Positions 13,401 through 25,694 of a stretch of 64,000 nt of DNA are shown here, in pieces. The position numbers and the translations under genes are program-made. The notes beneath the pieces are model-generated. The model was not told where the DNA came from. It searched no databases and saw only the letters and a program-made list of their open reading frames with translations. The first letter of the stretch is position 1. Every line of letters starts with the position of its first letter. This DNA comes from Owenia fusiformis (taxonomy: Eukaryota): contig CAIIXF020000001.1 of the NCBI GenBank assembly GCA_903813345.2, positions 43,710,001-43,774,000 on the forward strand. The letters run 5' to 3'.

Positions 13401-14966
13401 CCTAAGGACGATGAACTGTATGTAGTCTGTGGTGAATGCCATAGAAAATGCTATGATGGTCTGAATCCACATATAAATGAGAAGTAGATGTTTGCGGCCA
13501 AACTTATCGGAGAGGGGACTGATGAACAATGAACCTGCCATCAGGCCTGCCATGAAGACAGATGTGGAGAGCTCTACCAGGTAATTCTTCCTGCAGACTA
13601 GGTCCCACTAGAATATAAAGAATACACAAAGTACATAGAATATAAAAGACAATATAAAAAGGTGGTAGACACAAGAAGAAATGAATGTGGTTTTCATGAT
13701 AGATTCTTGATTTTCCCAAGTCGTTTTATCATTATTGAAGAACTTAAGCATACTATTTCTTTTAAAATCAAATAACTGAATCAAAAAGGTATTGCGAGTC
13801 TTACCTCAGCGACAACTGTTGTCATTCCAGGACGTAAATAATACTGGTAGCCATTTGGACATGGTATTGTTGAATTGTCTATTGATGCATTATTGTACAT
13901 CTCACATTTAGCTAGATGTGATGTTCCATCTGGTTTGTAAACCAGAGGTATAGCTGAACTGGTGTTAACTCCATCTGGGAGTTTACAATGATGAGGGGGT
14001 TCATGTCCTACAATGTAAAAAGATAATTGTACAATATATTTACTATTTATATCTGTCTCTTGAGAGATTTTTTAAGTAGGCTATGTAAAAGAGTATGCCA
14101 TGCCATGGTGCGATGTCTTGTACTACACAATGTACTGTTTCGAAATCGGCAACTCCATGGAGTAGCAAATCCCAATGAACATAATAATAAAACCATCTAG
14201 GAGTTTCAAAGGCAAAATCATTAAAACAATGCAATATTTGAGATCTCATTAGAATAATGTAACCATACTTTGAAGAGATATCTAAATTATAGCGAAAGCG
14301 ATACAATATTTGCAATCTAATATAAATTGCCTTTCATACGAGTAAAATAAAGCTAAACTTCAGAGAGATCTCAAAATTAATGAGGCGGCCATCTTGAAAT
14401 TATTTTTGGTATAAAACTATTCACTATTATTATACATCTTTCTGCCGAATATGAAGAAAATCTGTGGACTAGTATTCAAGTTATCTTCTTGACAGAGAGA
14501 TGGACAGACTGACTGACGGAGGGAAGGCTTCACTATATCCCTACAGAACGTTTGTTCATTGGGATAATAAACAATACATGTATTGTACCATTGTAGAGTA
14601 ATGTCTAACAACTATAATTTAAGTCCATCTAGGAAATGGCACTTCAAGAATTTTTCATCAAAATTGTCAATTCCATAAATCAGCAAGTTTTAGGCGTAAT
14701 TCTTAAAATTTCAAGACAATTAGCAATTTCTTGCTATATCTAAATGCAGTCCCATTTGATAAAACTGATGGTTGGACATAGGCACCTGTAATACATCAGT
14801 TATCAGCTGTTATCATAACATAAGAATCAAAATGTACCCTACCTATGAAAGCTATTCCGAGGAGAAAAGCACACCCTCTCATGTTTACTAGGCCCATCAA
14901 GACATAGATGAGCATCTGAAATCTCCCATATCCTCCAATTTTCTCTAGGGCATCATCTAAATCCAT
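7475..14966 (-). CDS. SLC22-family organic cation/anion transporter (MFS). Exons 14966-14843, 14007-13805, 13607-13377, 11043-10847, 10333-9767, 9544-9410, 9062-8977, 8743-8623, 8039-7967, 7684-7475
   Basis: Ten phase-compatible exons with SLC22 hallmarks: MDLDDALEKIGGYGRFQ, TVVAEWDLVC, LSDKFGRK, EVFPPKHR, LPESMRWL, YSAELFPTAIRN, LLLPET. Confidence 0.93.
10352..10551. mobile_element. TIR MITE family (CAGATGCGAGTAG subterminal repeats), internally deleted copy
   Basis: Inverted CAGATGCGAGTAG/CTACTCGCATCTG; homologous to about 37140-37505, 44355-44678 and 54423-54861. Confidence 0.75.
10642..10765. repeat. Short dispersed repeat (GGCATTAACATGCAAAATGTCACCAC...AATATGTCACCACTT); further copies at about 19922-20062, 40600-40915 and 48870-49200
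   Basis: The same start and end motifs were read at four loci. Confidence 0.65.
11238..12215. mobile_element. Helentron/HINE-like non-autonomous element with about six ~140-145-bp internal tandem units
   Basis: Begins AACTAGGAAAACAGCAACTCC..., ends ...TATATCCCCCACGGATTTCTTCGGTGGGATAA; reverse-complement homolog at 39112-39993. Confidence 0.75.
12972..13149. mobile_element. 178-bp Tc1/pogo-type MITE (copy 2)
   Basis: TA flanks, CAGTAAAAC TIRs, near-identical to 1679-1856. Confidence 0.85.
14140..14568. mobile_element. HINE-like element remnant; same family as 60580-61223
   Basis: GAC-type microsatellite followed by CTTCACTATATCCCTAC...TTGGGATAA terminus, shared with 61187-61223. Confidence 0.6.
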
Positions 14967-15166
14967 GTTTTAACTAAAAATAAACATCATGTGATGAATG
15001 TGACTTGAGACTAATCACATCAGTATACTGCTCTGGCCTGATGAATAGTGTGCCTGTTTAAAATGCTTAAGCAAAAAGCATTGGTGCAGTGTTTGAAACC
15101 AAACATTTATGTTTTACAAACCAGTACTGATTTATTTATTTATTTATTTATTTTATTTGTATTTAA

Positions 15167-15660
15167 AGGCCCACTTTGGGAATTTTCAACATTTTTGGGC
15201 TAAATAAAGACTTACATATAAATTCCATAGTATGTCCAATGTATTGATAAGAACATTATCTTTCATTTGACACCAACAACAGCTCAAATGGACCACATCA
15301 AAGCTAACAATAAATTATCAAAAAATATTTTCGATCTGTCAAGCTTTATAATGTATATCAAGTTTTTATAAATGTCATTGGAAGATGGCAAAGTTGTTTA
15401 TATTACATGATACATTCATTTTTATAGAAGTGTCGCCATCTTTTAAAACAATAGTAATTTAAAACATGCACTTTGTTTAACATATGGATGCATGTCTAAC
15501 GATCTCTGAACTTCAAATAATTTTTTCTATGCTATTTATTTTTTTCTTGGTTCAATATTAAAGCAAATCAAACTTTGTGTCATATTTGAGCAAGTGTGTG
15601 AGTAAAATGTTTCAATGATTATTTTTTTCTTCTTTCTTCTAAATTAAGTATAGTGTGCCT
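15167..15660. mobile_element. Kolobok-type non-autonomous DNA transposon
   Basis: TTAA on both sides (15163-15166, 15661-15664) with short imperfect TIRs AGGCCCACT/AGTGTGCCT. Confidence 0.6.
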
Positions 15661-17149
15661 TTAAGTCTAACTTGAATAATTCGGAAACTAAAGAGTTTTG
15701 TAGTCAATAATGTTGTAAATTGTTATTAATCGATACATCACAAATATGAATGCAACAATCAATGTCTGAAACAAAACATCGATGTTATAAAAAAAATTAA
15801 TTCTACTCAAAATCACCTTTTTCTAACTTGTTTCATGCAAATGTCTTAACCTTCCTCATTCCTTAGTTCATTTGCCAATGTTCTCTAATATACTTTTACT
15901 TTAAAAATGTTTAAGCTGAAATGAACTAATGACCTCCAATTTTTTACATTTGTTTTCGTACATTGTTACTGGAAGTACTGTATTAATTATTTGTTGCATT
16001 CATTATTTTAGTCCATTTGCATTTTCAGTATTTTTCTCAGACTTTTTCAAAATGTACATGGTGATGTACAGTACATTGAAGTTTACTCCTGAAAATTGAT
16101 GATGCATTGATGTATAATTATGGCACAGAGACAACAGTAAACCCTTACTCTAGACCGGGCTGACAGAAGTCAGCTCTCGGAAGCTGGATTGAAAATTCTT
16201 GAAGAGAAAATCGGCGTAATTGGGCTCCAAAATCACCTTTCAAGAGTTGGCATACCATGTGAATATCAGTTCAAATTTTTAAGCTCCTATTTGTCATTAT
16301 GAACACAAATTCCACTATATTTGTACGTTCTGGGACGGAGAAAATAGAGCACTCAAATCACTGAGGTAAAGAATTTATGACATATGTGACAGAATGTCTT
16401 TTTTCGAAAGTAAGAGCGTTGCGGGAGACCTCGAACCATTGATCACGTTTGCTCCTGTAATTATTCACTTCTTCACCTCTTTAAAATGTGATTTCAATCA
16501 GTTGATCAAATTTTCGGACTTTGACCTCAAATTCAAATATTAATATTTATAAAAAAAAATACTGACTCATATATTTTTAAAAGTCTTTCAAATAAAGTGA
16601 AATGAAGCCAAAATCAGCTAAAATTATGCAATGTCGTAAAATGGCGTGACTGGAATATGATGCAATCACCCGTGGCGTCAGACACGTATTGCCACATCAA
16701 CAACTAAACAAACAATTATAGAGACTTCACTGATTGGTTTAAAGATTCTTCGCATCATTTGTGACGTCATAAACATGTTACCAACACTTAACAAATAGGC
16801 ATATGGGTTCGTTCAGTGCCACGCTCTTGAATCAGTTATAAACAGGGATAATCAACAGATCTAAGAGAGGGTCATGCATTTTTTTTTACTTTGAGACCTC
16901 GACTCGACGAGTTTGCTGCATTTTCTTGTCCATAGTGTTAGTAATTATTTATCTTCACCACTTTACATGTTTTCTGATGACCTTTTCAAAAGGCTAAAAA
17001 GCATGCCTTTGAAAACTTTCAGTGCTTTTTGATTTCTCGTAAGTGCAGTGTACTCTATCAATGTGTTATCTAAGCTTAATATAAAATCACAAAATAAACA
17101 CGTAATTATGTTACTGAATGAGACAATATATCGAAAATAATGCGAAAAA

Positions 17150-17300
17150 GTCAACTTACAAAATCAACTCATTTTCCGACGAGAGGGTTCCCCATAAACC
17201 TATCACGTGATCAAGAATTCCCAAAATGCTTCGTGCATTTCCGTAGCGTGATTTCGGCTTGATCCGTAAATGCGTCCTTAGTGATCCTAGCAACCAAACA
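17150..17300. promoter_or_regulatory. Putative divergent promoter between the SLC22 gene and the STMND1-like gene
   Basis: Locally CpG-richer; minus-strand donor-like GTAAGT (ACTTAC near 17154-17159); palindromic E-box ATCACGTGAT 17202-17211; RFX X-box-like GTGATCCTAGCAAC 17281-17294. Confidence 0.5.
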
Positions 17301-17539
17301 ATAGGAGAACCTGTTGGATTGATTGGAGATTTATTTGTGGATTATTTACTTGGATACCACTTACAGTATTAAAGTTGAGCTGAGTCTATACGGCATCAGA
17401 ACAATCTCGACATTTTGCCAGGAAAGACGAATCAAAATAGAAGAATTTAACTTCAAATTGGAAACTTTTACATCTTTTTGGTGTTGAGTTTGGAGTTTGA
17501 ATTGCTCATTCATATTTGGAATAGAGAAATAAACTGAGA

Positions 17540-19230
17540 ATGGGTTGTAATAGCAGCAAAAATGTGCAAGTTGCACCAGCAATGAAACCTGCCACATGGA
17601 CAGAAGAACCTAAAACTCAAAGTCGACCAAATTCAACAAAGTCAATAAAAGTGAAAAGCACAAAGATTGAAGCATTCGAAGCTTCGGATGATGAAGGCAT
17701 AGAAGAGTCTGTAAAACTTGATAAGAAAAAGAAGAAAAGAGGACTTAACAAATCACTTGCCAGTCTTGGTTCAAATGGCTCTCGTGGATCATCTGATCGT
17801 GGATATTCTGCTACTTCAAAATCATCGAAACATTCCACCGACTCTGGGTTTGATGATGAGGCATATGCAAATGTTATTACAGAAGATAGTGATCCAACTA
17901 AAGTATCCAGTATTGAGGAAGACTTTGGTGATGAAAAGGAACTCTTAGGTAATTAGAAATTATTTTAGATCCTCCACAAATTTTACAAATTATCTTTTCA
18001 TTGTTTAAATAAGCTAATATGAAAACAACAAATTTAATTAAGGGCATTCAGTAATAAAAAATAATTACATTAAAATAGATGGAAATCAAAATATTTTGAA
18101 TCAATCATTTTATCACAACAGTGCATGCTGTCGCTAATCCAAGCTTATGCTTAGAAGTCAATTACTGTACACAATAGAAACTCCAATAAACAATTTTGTA
18201 TCCAAGGAAGTAATCCATATATGGGCAATTGTATCGATTTATTTGTAATTACATAGAAGTGCATTGTTGGATCGATCAAAGGATTTAAATTATGAATGAA
18301 AAGTAAAAAGTCCCTGGAGAATCTCAGCAGAATAAATCTTTTTCTTAAATATGAGCTTAAATTCCTTCAATTAAACATACATTATTTTATCTTATTCAGA
18401 TTTTGGTCTTGTTGGACAAAAATGTGAACAGAGACTGAGTGCTAAAGACAAATCCAGAATGGAAGAACAGAGAATAATGGCCTCACTTAGAGATGAAGGT
18501 CTTATTGCACGTCCAAAGTCACGAGCTGCTGGAGGCATGTCCTTTGAGATCATATCTGATGGACCTGATCCGAATGCATTGAAACGTCCATTAAGATTAG
18601 CCAAATTGGAGAGAAGAAAAAAGAAGAAAGAATTAACAGCTGAAGAAATTGCTGCCAAATTAGAAAAAGCTGAAAAACGAAGAAAGGTAAGCATCTCTAA
18701 TATGGTAATGAAATTATGTTTAGTAGTAACTGATGTCTTTGATTTTAATAATTTATTAATATTTTATTAAACCTATAGTAATATTTCATTAATTTATTAA
18801 TATTTGATTAAAGCCTATAGTAATGACAAACTAGTAAAAAGAATGAATTATTAATATCATTAAATCATCTTAATTAAACCTGACTTGTCATCATATATAA
18901 TCATATCTATGTAATTGAATATTTATGAATTTTTTTTACCTCCAGGAAAAAGAACAAGAAAAAATAGAAACTATTAAAGCAGTAACAAACAAAAGTGATG
19001 TTTTAACAGCATTGGACAGTTTTGAAAAATCTCAAAAAGACAAAGAAGAAGTAATAGAGAAAAAAATTGACTCTCACCAAGACAAACGTGAAAAACATCT
19101 TAAAGAGATGAGAGATAAATTGAAAGCTAAACAAGCACATGCTGAGAAAGTGCGACAGAGGAAAAAACTTGCAGTATTGACCCCCCACCCTGATTCTGAT
19201 TTGGCTCGCGAAGGAACACCTATCGCATAA
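17540..19230 (+). CDS. STMND1: Stathmin-domain protein, STMND1/CCDC198-like. Exons 17540-17948, 18400-18686, 18946-19230
   Basis: N-terminal MGCNSSK (myristoylation/palmitoylation-type), IMASLRDEGLI, stathmin motifs GGMSFEII and LTAEEIAAKLEKAEKRRK, then a charged coiled coil; splice phases match. Confidence 0.75.
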
Positions 19231-22200
19231 TAAACCAACACTTTGTGGTGTAAACTTGCCAATATACCAGTGAGGATTCTCAGCATTATATACAAACACT
19301 TTATCTCAGGATGTAAAACTTAGATGATGAAGCAGTAAAGACATTGTGCCCTGGAGGCATGTATTTTTTATAGACACTGTTTAAAATGAAACTTCCTTAG
19401 AAAGTATTGAAGGAGGTTGATATTTTTATAGTTTTCAATTCTTCAAAAATGCACTGCTAGGCTATGTGTTAATTTGTAGAATGATTTGGTTTATCTGAAC
19501 TGCTGGACTTTAATCAGAAAACTGAAGTCAATTTAGAAATTTGTTATCTAGCCCAGGATTCTTGTAATATGTAGAACTCCTGTGAACTGCTGATATCTGT
19601 AAACAGGTAAATGTACAATAATTTATCTTCATTGGAATTTTGTACATGGTGCTCAATACAATATTTTATAATTAACTTGATAAGTTGTATCAACTGAAGA
19701 CAATCTGATGATGTATGTAGTGGTATGTTAAAACATGTGAAATCAAACCTGTGTATGATTATGATTGATTGTTTATACATCAGTATAATATTAAATGCTT
19801 ATAAAAGAAATAAAACATATGAAATAAATATTATATTATCAAATAAATAAACTTTCTTATTTTAATCATTGACTAGGATTTAATGAAATAGCCTCCAATC
19901 CCTCAATCATATCTATAAATTACAAGGCATTAACATGCAAAATGTCATCACCTGCCATTTGTTACAGACACCAACTACCGAACACCACCAGCAAAACACC
20001 AACCACCAAACACTGTCTACAAAAAAGTAGTACTATAACAATATGTCGCCACGTCTGGTGGTCCAAATATACACATGTAAACAATCATGGAATTCCCATT
20101 TATTGAAAATTCATCTTATAAGCATTGAAAAGTTAAGCCAACTTCATGATCATCTAGTACTGACAGTCATGGACTTATTTGTTTTGTTATGCATTTCCAA
20201 ACATTTAGTGTACATGATCAAGAAAACAGAAGATTTTGGAAAAATCATAAAATAAAATGTGGGAAGGGCAAAGAACAACCAACAACTAGATGGGCAAATT
20301 GTAGCTTCAGACTCCATTCATTACTTAGGGCGATATAAAAGATCCATTTGTACCAAGGTACACCATTGGAAAGGTGACAAAATTGTAAACCATCAAGTCA
20401 AGCTTGCTTATCTTGGTGGTAGGGGCCTATGTGAAGTTGTAACTTTGGTTGGAGGGCGGGTTAATGTCAAGAACACAGATTTGGGAACAAATTAATTTAC
20501 AATATTAATGGTACAATATTCCAAAATGCAGCACTGTACAAACTCTTGATCTGTTTTCTCCTTAGTTAATTACTTTCATACCTGAGACAGTGGCATTTCC
20601 TGAATGGGGAAAAAAATGTTGAGTTGAAAATGGCCATGGAATTATACAAGATCATATTTATTTACATTGTATTCAATATACACAGTTAAATCAGTGTTTC
20701 ATGATACATAGAGATCCTCCTTTTGAAGAATGAGTAAAATTCAAATATTTTGAAATTAGTCTCAGTTTGGGGTTATATTCCATGTAATGGTTTTCAGAGA
20801 GTTTGATTGTTGATACTTTAGTTATCATTGGAAAAAATATTTAATGAAAAAGAAAATATTCATGGTCAGAGATCTAACTCTAAAATCACTTGCAATATCT
20901 TTCTTCATGTCCATGGTTGTGGAAGGTAGGGATCTATCAAACATTTAAAGTAAAGTGAATGAACAAATTTCGAAAGATTCATATAATTTACAATATGTAG
21001 CTTATTATTTTACATTCTAATACACTATGGTACATAATTGTTATTTACACAAACACTGACATCATTAACATATAACAAATAAATAAAATTGTACTGTACA
21101 ACTTTAACAACAGTATAAAAATAATTCTCAGGTGACTTTATACTCATCCACAAATCAAAACATTATTTTCAAAATAATTGAACATTTTGGCTACCCTGCT
21201 TTTATCAACCCAATGGAATAATTCTGATATTACAAAGTTATTAAACAAAAGGACCTTGAATTGACATTGTATCGAAATTAAAACATAGTAACATGAGTGT
21301 TAATTCTCCCAAAGGAACAGATTCATGGGGTTATTCTTTTCAAGAGATTGAGAAAGCAGTCATCTAAAGAACTTCTCGTCAAAAACTGACCCCAAAACTT
21401 GTACAGTAAAACTTGACCAGTCAAATACTCAAGCACCTTGGTTTGAGTCATTGGACAATATGACCCTCAGTAAGCTGAGCACATTGAAAGCTGTATCCAA
21501 TAGCCAGCATATTAGTACAAATCTCATAATTAACAAGTACAAGTTTTGTATTACAGTTTGGTTATTAACAACATAATATGGTAAAATTATATACACATGC
21601 ATTTCAACTTTCTAATAAGTATAATATATTAATCATAATTATTAATGATCATTGAGTGTAAGGATCTGAATTTCTGACAGACAGAACGTTACTAAATTCA
21701 TAGAGATCATGACATCATAAAGAACAACAGAATTGACAGCCTCTATGATGTGTTAAACTCACAATGCAATGACATTTTGTCAGAATTCATATCTCTACAC
21801 TCAATAAATATGTATTTTACATCCATTATTGCACATGTATCAAATACATTTTTGCTGTATTTCTACATACAAATAAATCTTCACATTTTTTTATTTGACA
21901 GTTTGAAATACTAGTAAGCTCATGTTGCATAATCTTTGTCAGAAATGGGTGAACTGGAAACAGAACAACTGTTTCACGGACTCAATTATATACCTCTCTG
22001 GTTTGTGTAACACTGTCCCTTTCTAGCAAGATGTACATTTAGCATTTCAACAAGAGAATGACTAACATATTTATTCAACCTAAAAACTGAACTGGCATAT
22101 CATACAATCTGACAAACTCATAGTTATATACTATTTCCTTCCTCATAGATGGCTGAACACAGTATTTGATATACATTGACACATACACTGACACAGCTAT

Positions 22201-22469
22201 AGATTAATAAGAAGTCTTGCAGTTGATAAGTGTCTACTTACATTGATGTAGTTTACTCGCTAGAGTATGCTTGAAGGCAAATTTTCCCAAAAAGATGAAC
22301 AAAACAAAGGTATAATTCAACTATGAATCTGGAAAAAGTTAATCAAAAGAAACTCAGAGTACATATACATGTAGCCCGATTCTTTTGCCTTGAGTACCAT
22401 GATGTTAGCCTTGAGGACTTTACTATTGTTAGCCCTCTAATGGTCTAGGTAACATATCATAACCCTATA

Positions 22470-22649
22470 ATGGGCGTCCGAGGGGGGGGGTGACCTCCCC
22501 CCTTTTTGGGCCAATCCCAAGGGATTTCGTTCATGGAGCTAACTAGGAGACTCGGAGGAAAGAAGAACTACGCAATCTGGAAATGAAGTGGAGAAGCTAG
22601 GCTTCAAGTGATAGAGACTGCTTTTTAAGTGGACACAGCCCTCTTGGAA
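22470..22649. mobile_element. Degenerate G/C-tract MITE (hAT-like)
   Basis: GGGCGTCCGAGGGGG start and GGATGCCTCTG end; resembles the GC-tract elements at 38410 and 46089. Confidence 0.4.
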
Positions 22650-23336
22650 AATCCTGGGGATGCCTCTGCATATGCAGTATGGCTACTAGTGAACTTTTCA
22701 AAGCTTAACACATATGACTGCTTAGGTTAAGTGAGATTGCAAATAAATTCCATTATAACAGTAGACACAACGCATAGACTGTTATACATTTGCAATGTCA
22801 CAAAGTGAATCTTGCAATAAAAATATGCAATGATACAAGCTCTCTCAAGTTTTGGAAGGTAGAAACATACATTCATACAATGTACTTCAGATGTTATGGT
22901 GGTTCAGAAGGTTGGTCCACACATTGCACCTTTCCATCATTTCTCTACCTCTCTCCTTATACATTTCTCCTTAAACACTTCTTCCTATACAACTCTCCTT
23001 ATATGGCTCTCTTTAGAGCTACTTCTCTACAGTTCTTTACTGGAACATGTCCTCTAATTGTATTCCAATGTTTCAATCCCTACACACACAGGAACCAATA
23101 ATCCTTCATATTGGTCAACGTATTGTTCAGTTCCTACGATTCATGATCTAGATTAAACACGTGAATATGAATACTCTCAGTTTCTTCTAGAATTTCATTC
23201 ATTTATGGTTACATCTTGGTATACGTAAATCACATTGTTGAGAGTTCCGTATTCTGGCCTCATTGGCATTAATTCAATATTATTATGAATGATATTGTAG
23301 ATCTCATCATCTGAAATAGAATAGAATGTAAAAGAT

Positions 23337-24887
23337 AAACCAGAACAACGGCAACGCCAAAGCGTAGCGAATCCCATCGAACAGCCATGGATGGCATTTT
23401 TACAAACAAAGTATAAAGCAAAAATGGCAGACATTTTTCAAAATGGCCACCTTCTACCAAAAGTGTTATTAGAGCATGTGCCATGCTTATAGTATTCATA
23501 TACCAAATATGAACAAAATCGCTCCACTACTTTTCAAGTTATAGTAAAAAACGTTAAAATGGCGGCCATTTTTCAAAATGGCCACCTTCTACAAAAAATG
23601 ACATAAGACAGTGTGCCGTGCTTATAGTATTTACATACCAAATATAAACAAAATTGCTCCACTACTCTTCGAGTTATAGTAAAATACGTTAAAATGGCGG
23701 CCATTTTGAAAAATGACCGCCTTTTACCAAAAGTGTCATTAGACAGTGTGCCATGCTTATAGTATTCACATACCAAATATGAACAAAATCGCTTCACTAC
23801 TTTTCGAGTTATAGTAAAATACGTTAAAATGGCGGCCATTTTTCAAAATTTTTTTCAAAATGGCCACCTTCTTTCAAAAGTGTCATAGGACAGTGTGTCA
23901 TGCTTATAGTGTTCACATACCAAATATGAACAAAATCGCTCCACTACTTTTCGAGTTATAGTAAAATACGTTAAAATGGTGGCCATTTTGAAAAATGGCC
24001 GCCTTCTACCAAAAGTGTCATTAGACAGTGTGCCATGCCTATAGTATTCACATACCAAATATGAACAAAATCGCTTCACTACTTTTCGAGTTATAGTAAA
24101 ATACGTTAAAATGGCGGCCATTTTTCAAATTTTTTCAAAATGGCCGCCTTCTACCAAAAGTGTCATAGGACAGTGTGTCATGCTTATAGTATTCACATAC
24201 CAAATATGAACAAAATCGCTCCACTACTTTTCGAGTTATAGTAAAATACGTTAAAATGGTGGCCATTTTGAAAAATGGCCGCCTTCTACCAAAAGTGTCA
24301 TTAGACAGTGTGCCATGCCTATAGTATTCACATACCAAATATGAACAAAATCGCTTCACTACTTTTCGAGTTATAGTAAAATACATTAAAATGGCGGCCA
24401 TTTTTCAAAATTTTTTCAAAATGGCCGCCTTCTACCAAAAGTGTCATAGGACAGTGTGTCATGCTTATAGTATTCACATACCAAATATGAACAAAATCGC
24501 TCCACTACTTTTCGAGTTACAGCAAAAATCGTAAAATAACGAGTAAAGGCCGCCATTTTTCAAGATGGCTGCCATGTGCTTCTTTAATATCTACATTTCT
24601 AGCTTTATCAATGTCCTATATAATTTTTTTACATCTAAAACATATTGCTATTACAGTTTTACATATTGCACCTAAATTACTGTAAATTCGGCACTAAAAT
24701 GGCCGCCATTTTGAAATGAGCGGCCATTTTGAAAATCGGCTTTCAAGCAGAACTTCTACCCCCATAGGGTATATGTGTACAAAATATGAACAAAATCGGG
24801 CCAACGGTATTTGAGTTATTGCCAGGACGGACGTACGGACGGACAGAGGCGTTCCCTATATCCCTCCGAACTTCGTTCGATGGGATA
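23337..24887. mobile_element. Helentron/HINE-like element carrying a satellite of about eight ~134/147-bp units
   Basis: One end AAACCAGAACAAC...AATCCCATCGAAC, other end (GGAC)n...GTTCGATGGGATAA (subterminal inverted repeat); ORF track shows ~280-bp periodicity. Confidence 0.85.
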
Positions 24888-25694
24888 ATGAGTTATTATT
24901 TCTTAATTACTAGTATCTTAAAGAGATAATATAATATGATAATATAATCTGATATGAAATCATTCCATGAATACCACTTTTCCCTGGGTAACACATGTAC
25001 AATCAAAATAAAATTTATATTTAACAATCCCATATTTGTCAGAATTCTTTATCGAATCCCATATTCAATCATGTGCATATAAGCTAAAATTCTATTTTCA
25101 ATCCTGTATTCGAATCAGTCAATCTATAATTCAGCAATTTATTTATAGATGTTCTCAAACTTTGCGACGCTATTTACTATCTATATTTAATTATAATTTT
25201 CGTTTTGTCATTGGAGAAAATTTTACATTTAGCTTTGCAGGGAGAAATCCTTGTTTGGAACATTCCTCATAAAACTGACAAAAAAGGTTCATGGAATAAA
25301 TGGGTAATTGATATTTGGGAAAAATATGCATTTTATTCTCATAACTATATGTCATTGACCTAATAAAATATTAAACAGACTTATATGAGGCTATAGCCTT
25401 CTGTCCATCGCGATAACCACACCCCCTTGTCATGCCCCCCCCCCCTTGTCTGTCTTTAACTTTCCAAAGTGGCACCCACAAACAGCAGATAACAGGAGGT
25501 CTGGTAAACCAGAATGCCTTCTGTCAATATGATATTTTCCTACAATATTGTCCCTCTGAATAAAACCATATTCTTTCCCTCTTATTAAATAACCTCTATT
25601 TATAGGTCACCATTAATACTTAAATTTGTTAAATAAATGCTCAATATTCAATACTCACCAAAAATAGCTTTCTCTGGGCATTAAGTTTAACTAT

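Noticed and set aside
16140..16875. piggyBac-like element (AACCCTTACTCTAGA ... TCTAAGAGAGGGT)
   Set aside because: The inverted match is short and imperfect and TTAA flanks are absent, so it cannot be supported by eye.
17617..19299. Antisense ORFs over the STMND1-like exons (and similar ones over the SLC22, FReD and UGT exons)
   Set aside because: Shadow ORFs of real coding exons with no independent features.
22790..23101. 103-aa ORF over a pyrimidine-rich tract
   Set aside because: Non-ATG start, no domain, low complexity; probably UTR or intergenic.
23573..24401. Three near-identical 88-aa ORFs as a tandem gene family
   Set aside because: They are translations of the ~280-bp satellite dimer inside a HINE; the 'MAAI' starts come from the AAAATGGCGGCCATTTT motif.
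23337..24887. CRISPR-like array
   Set aside because: Whole units repeat with no unique spacers, there are no cas genes, and the context is eukaryotic.
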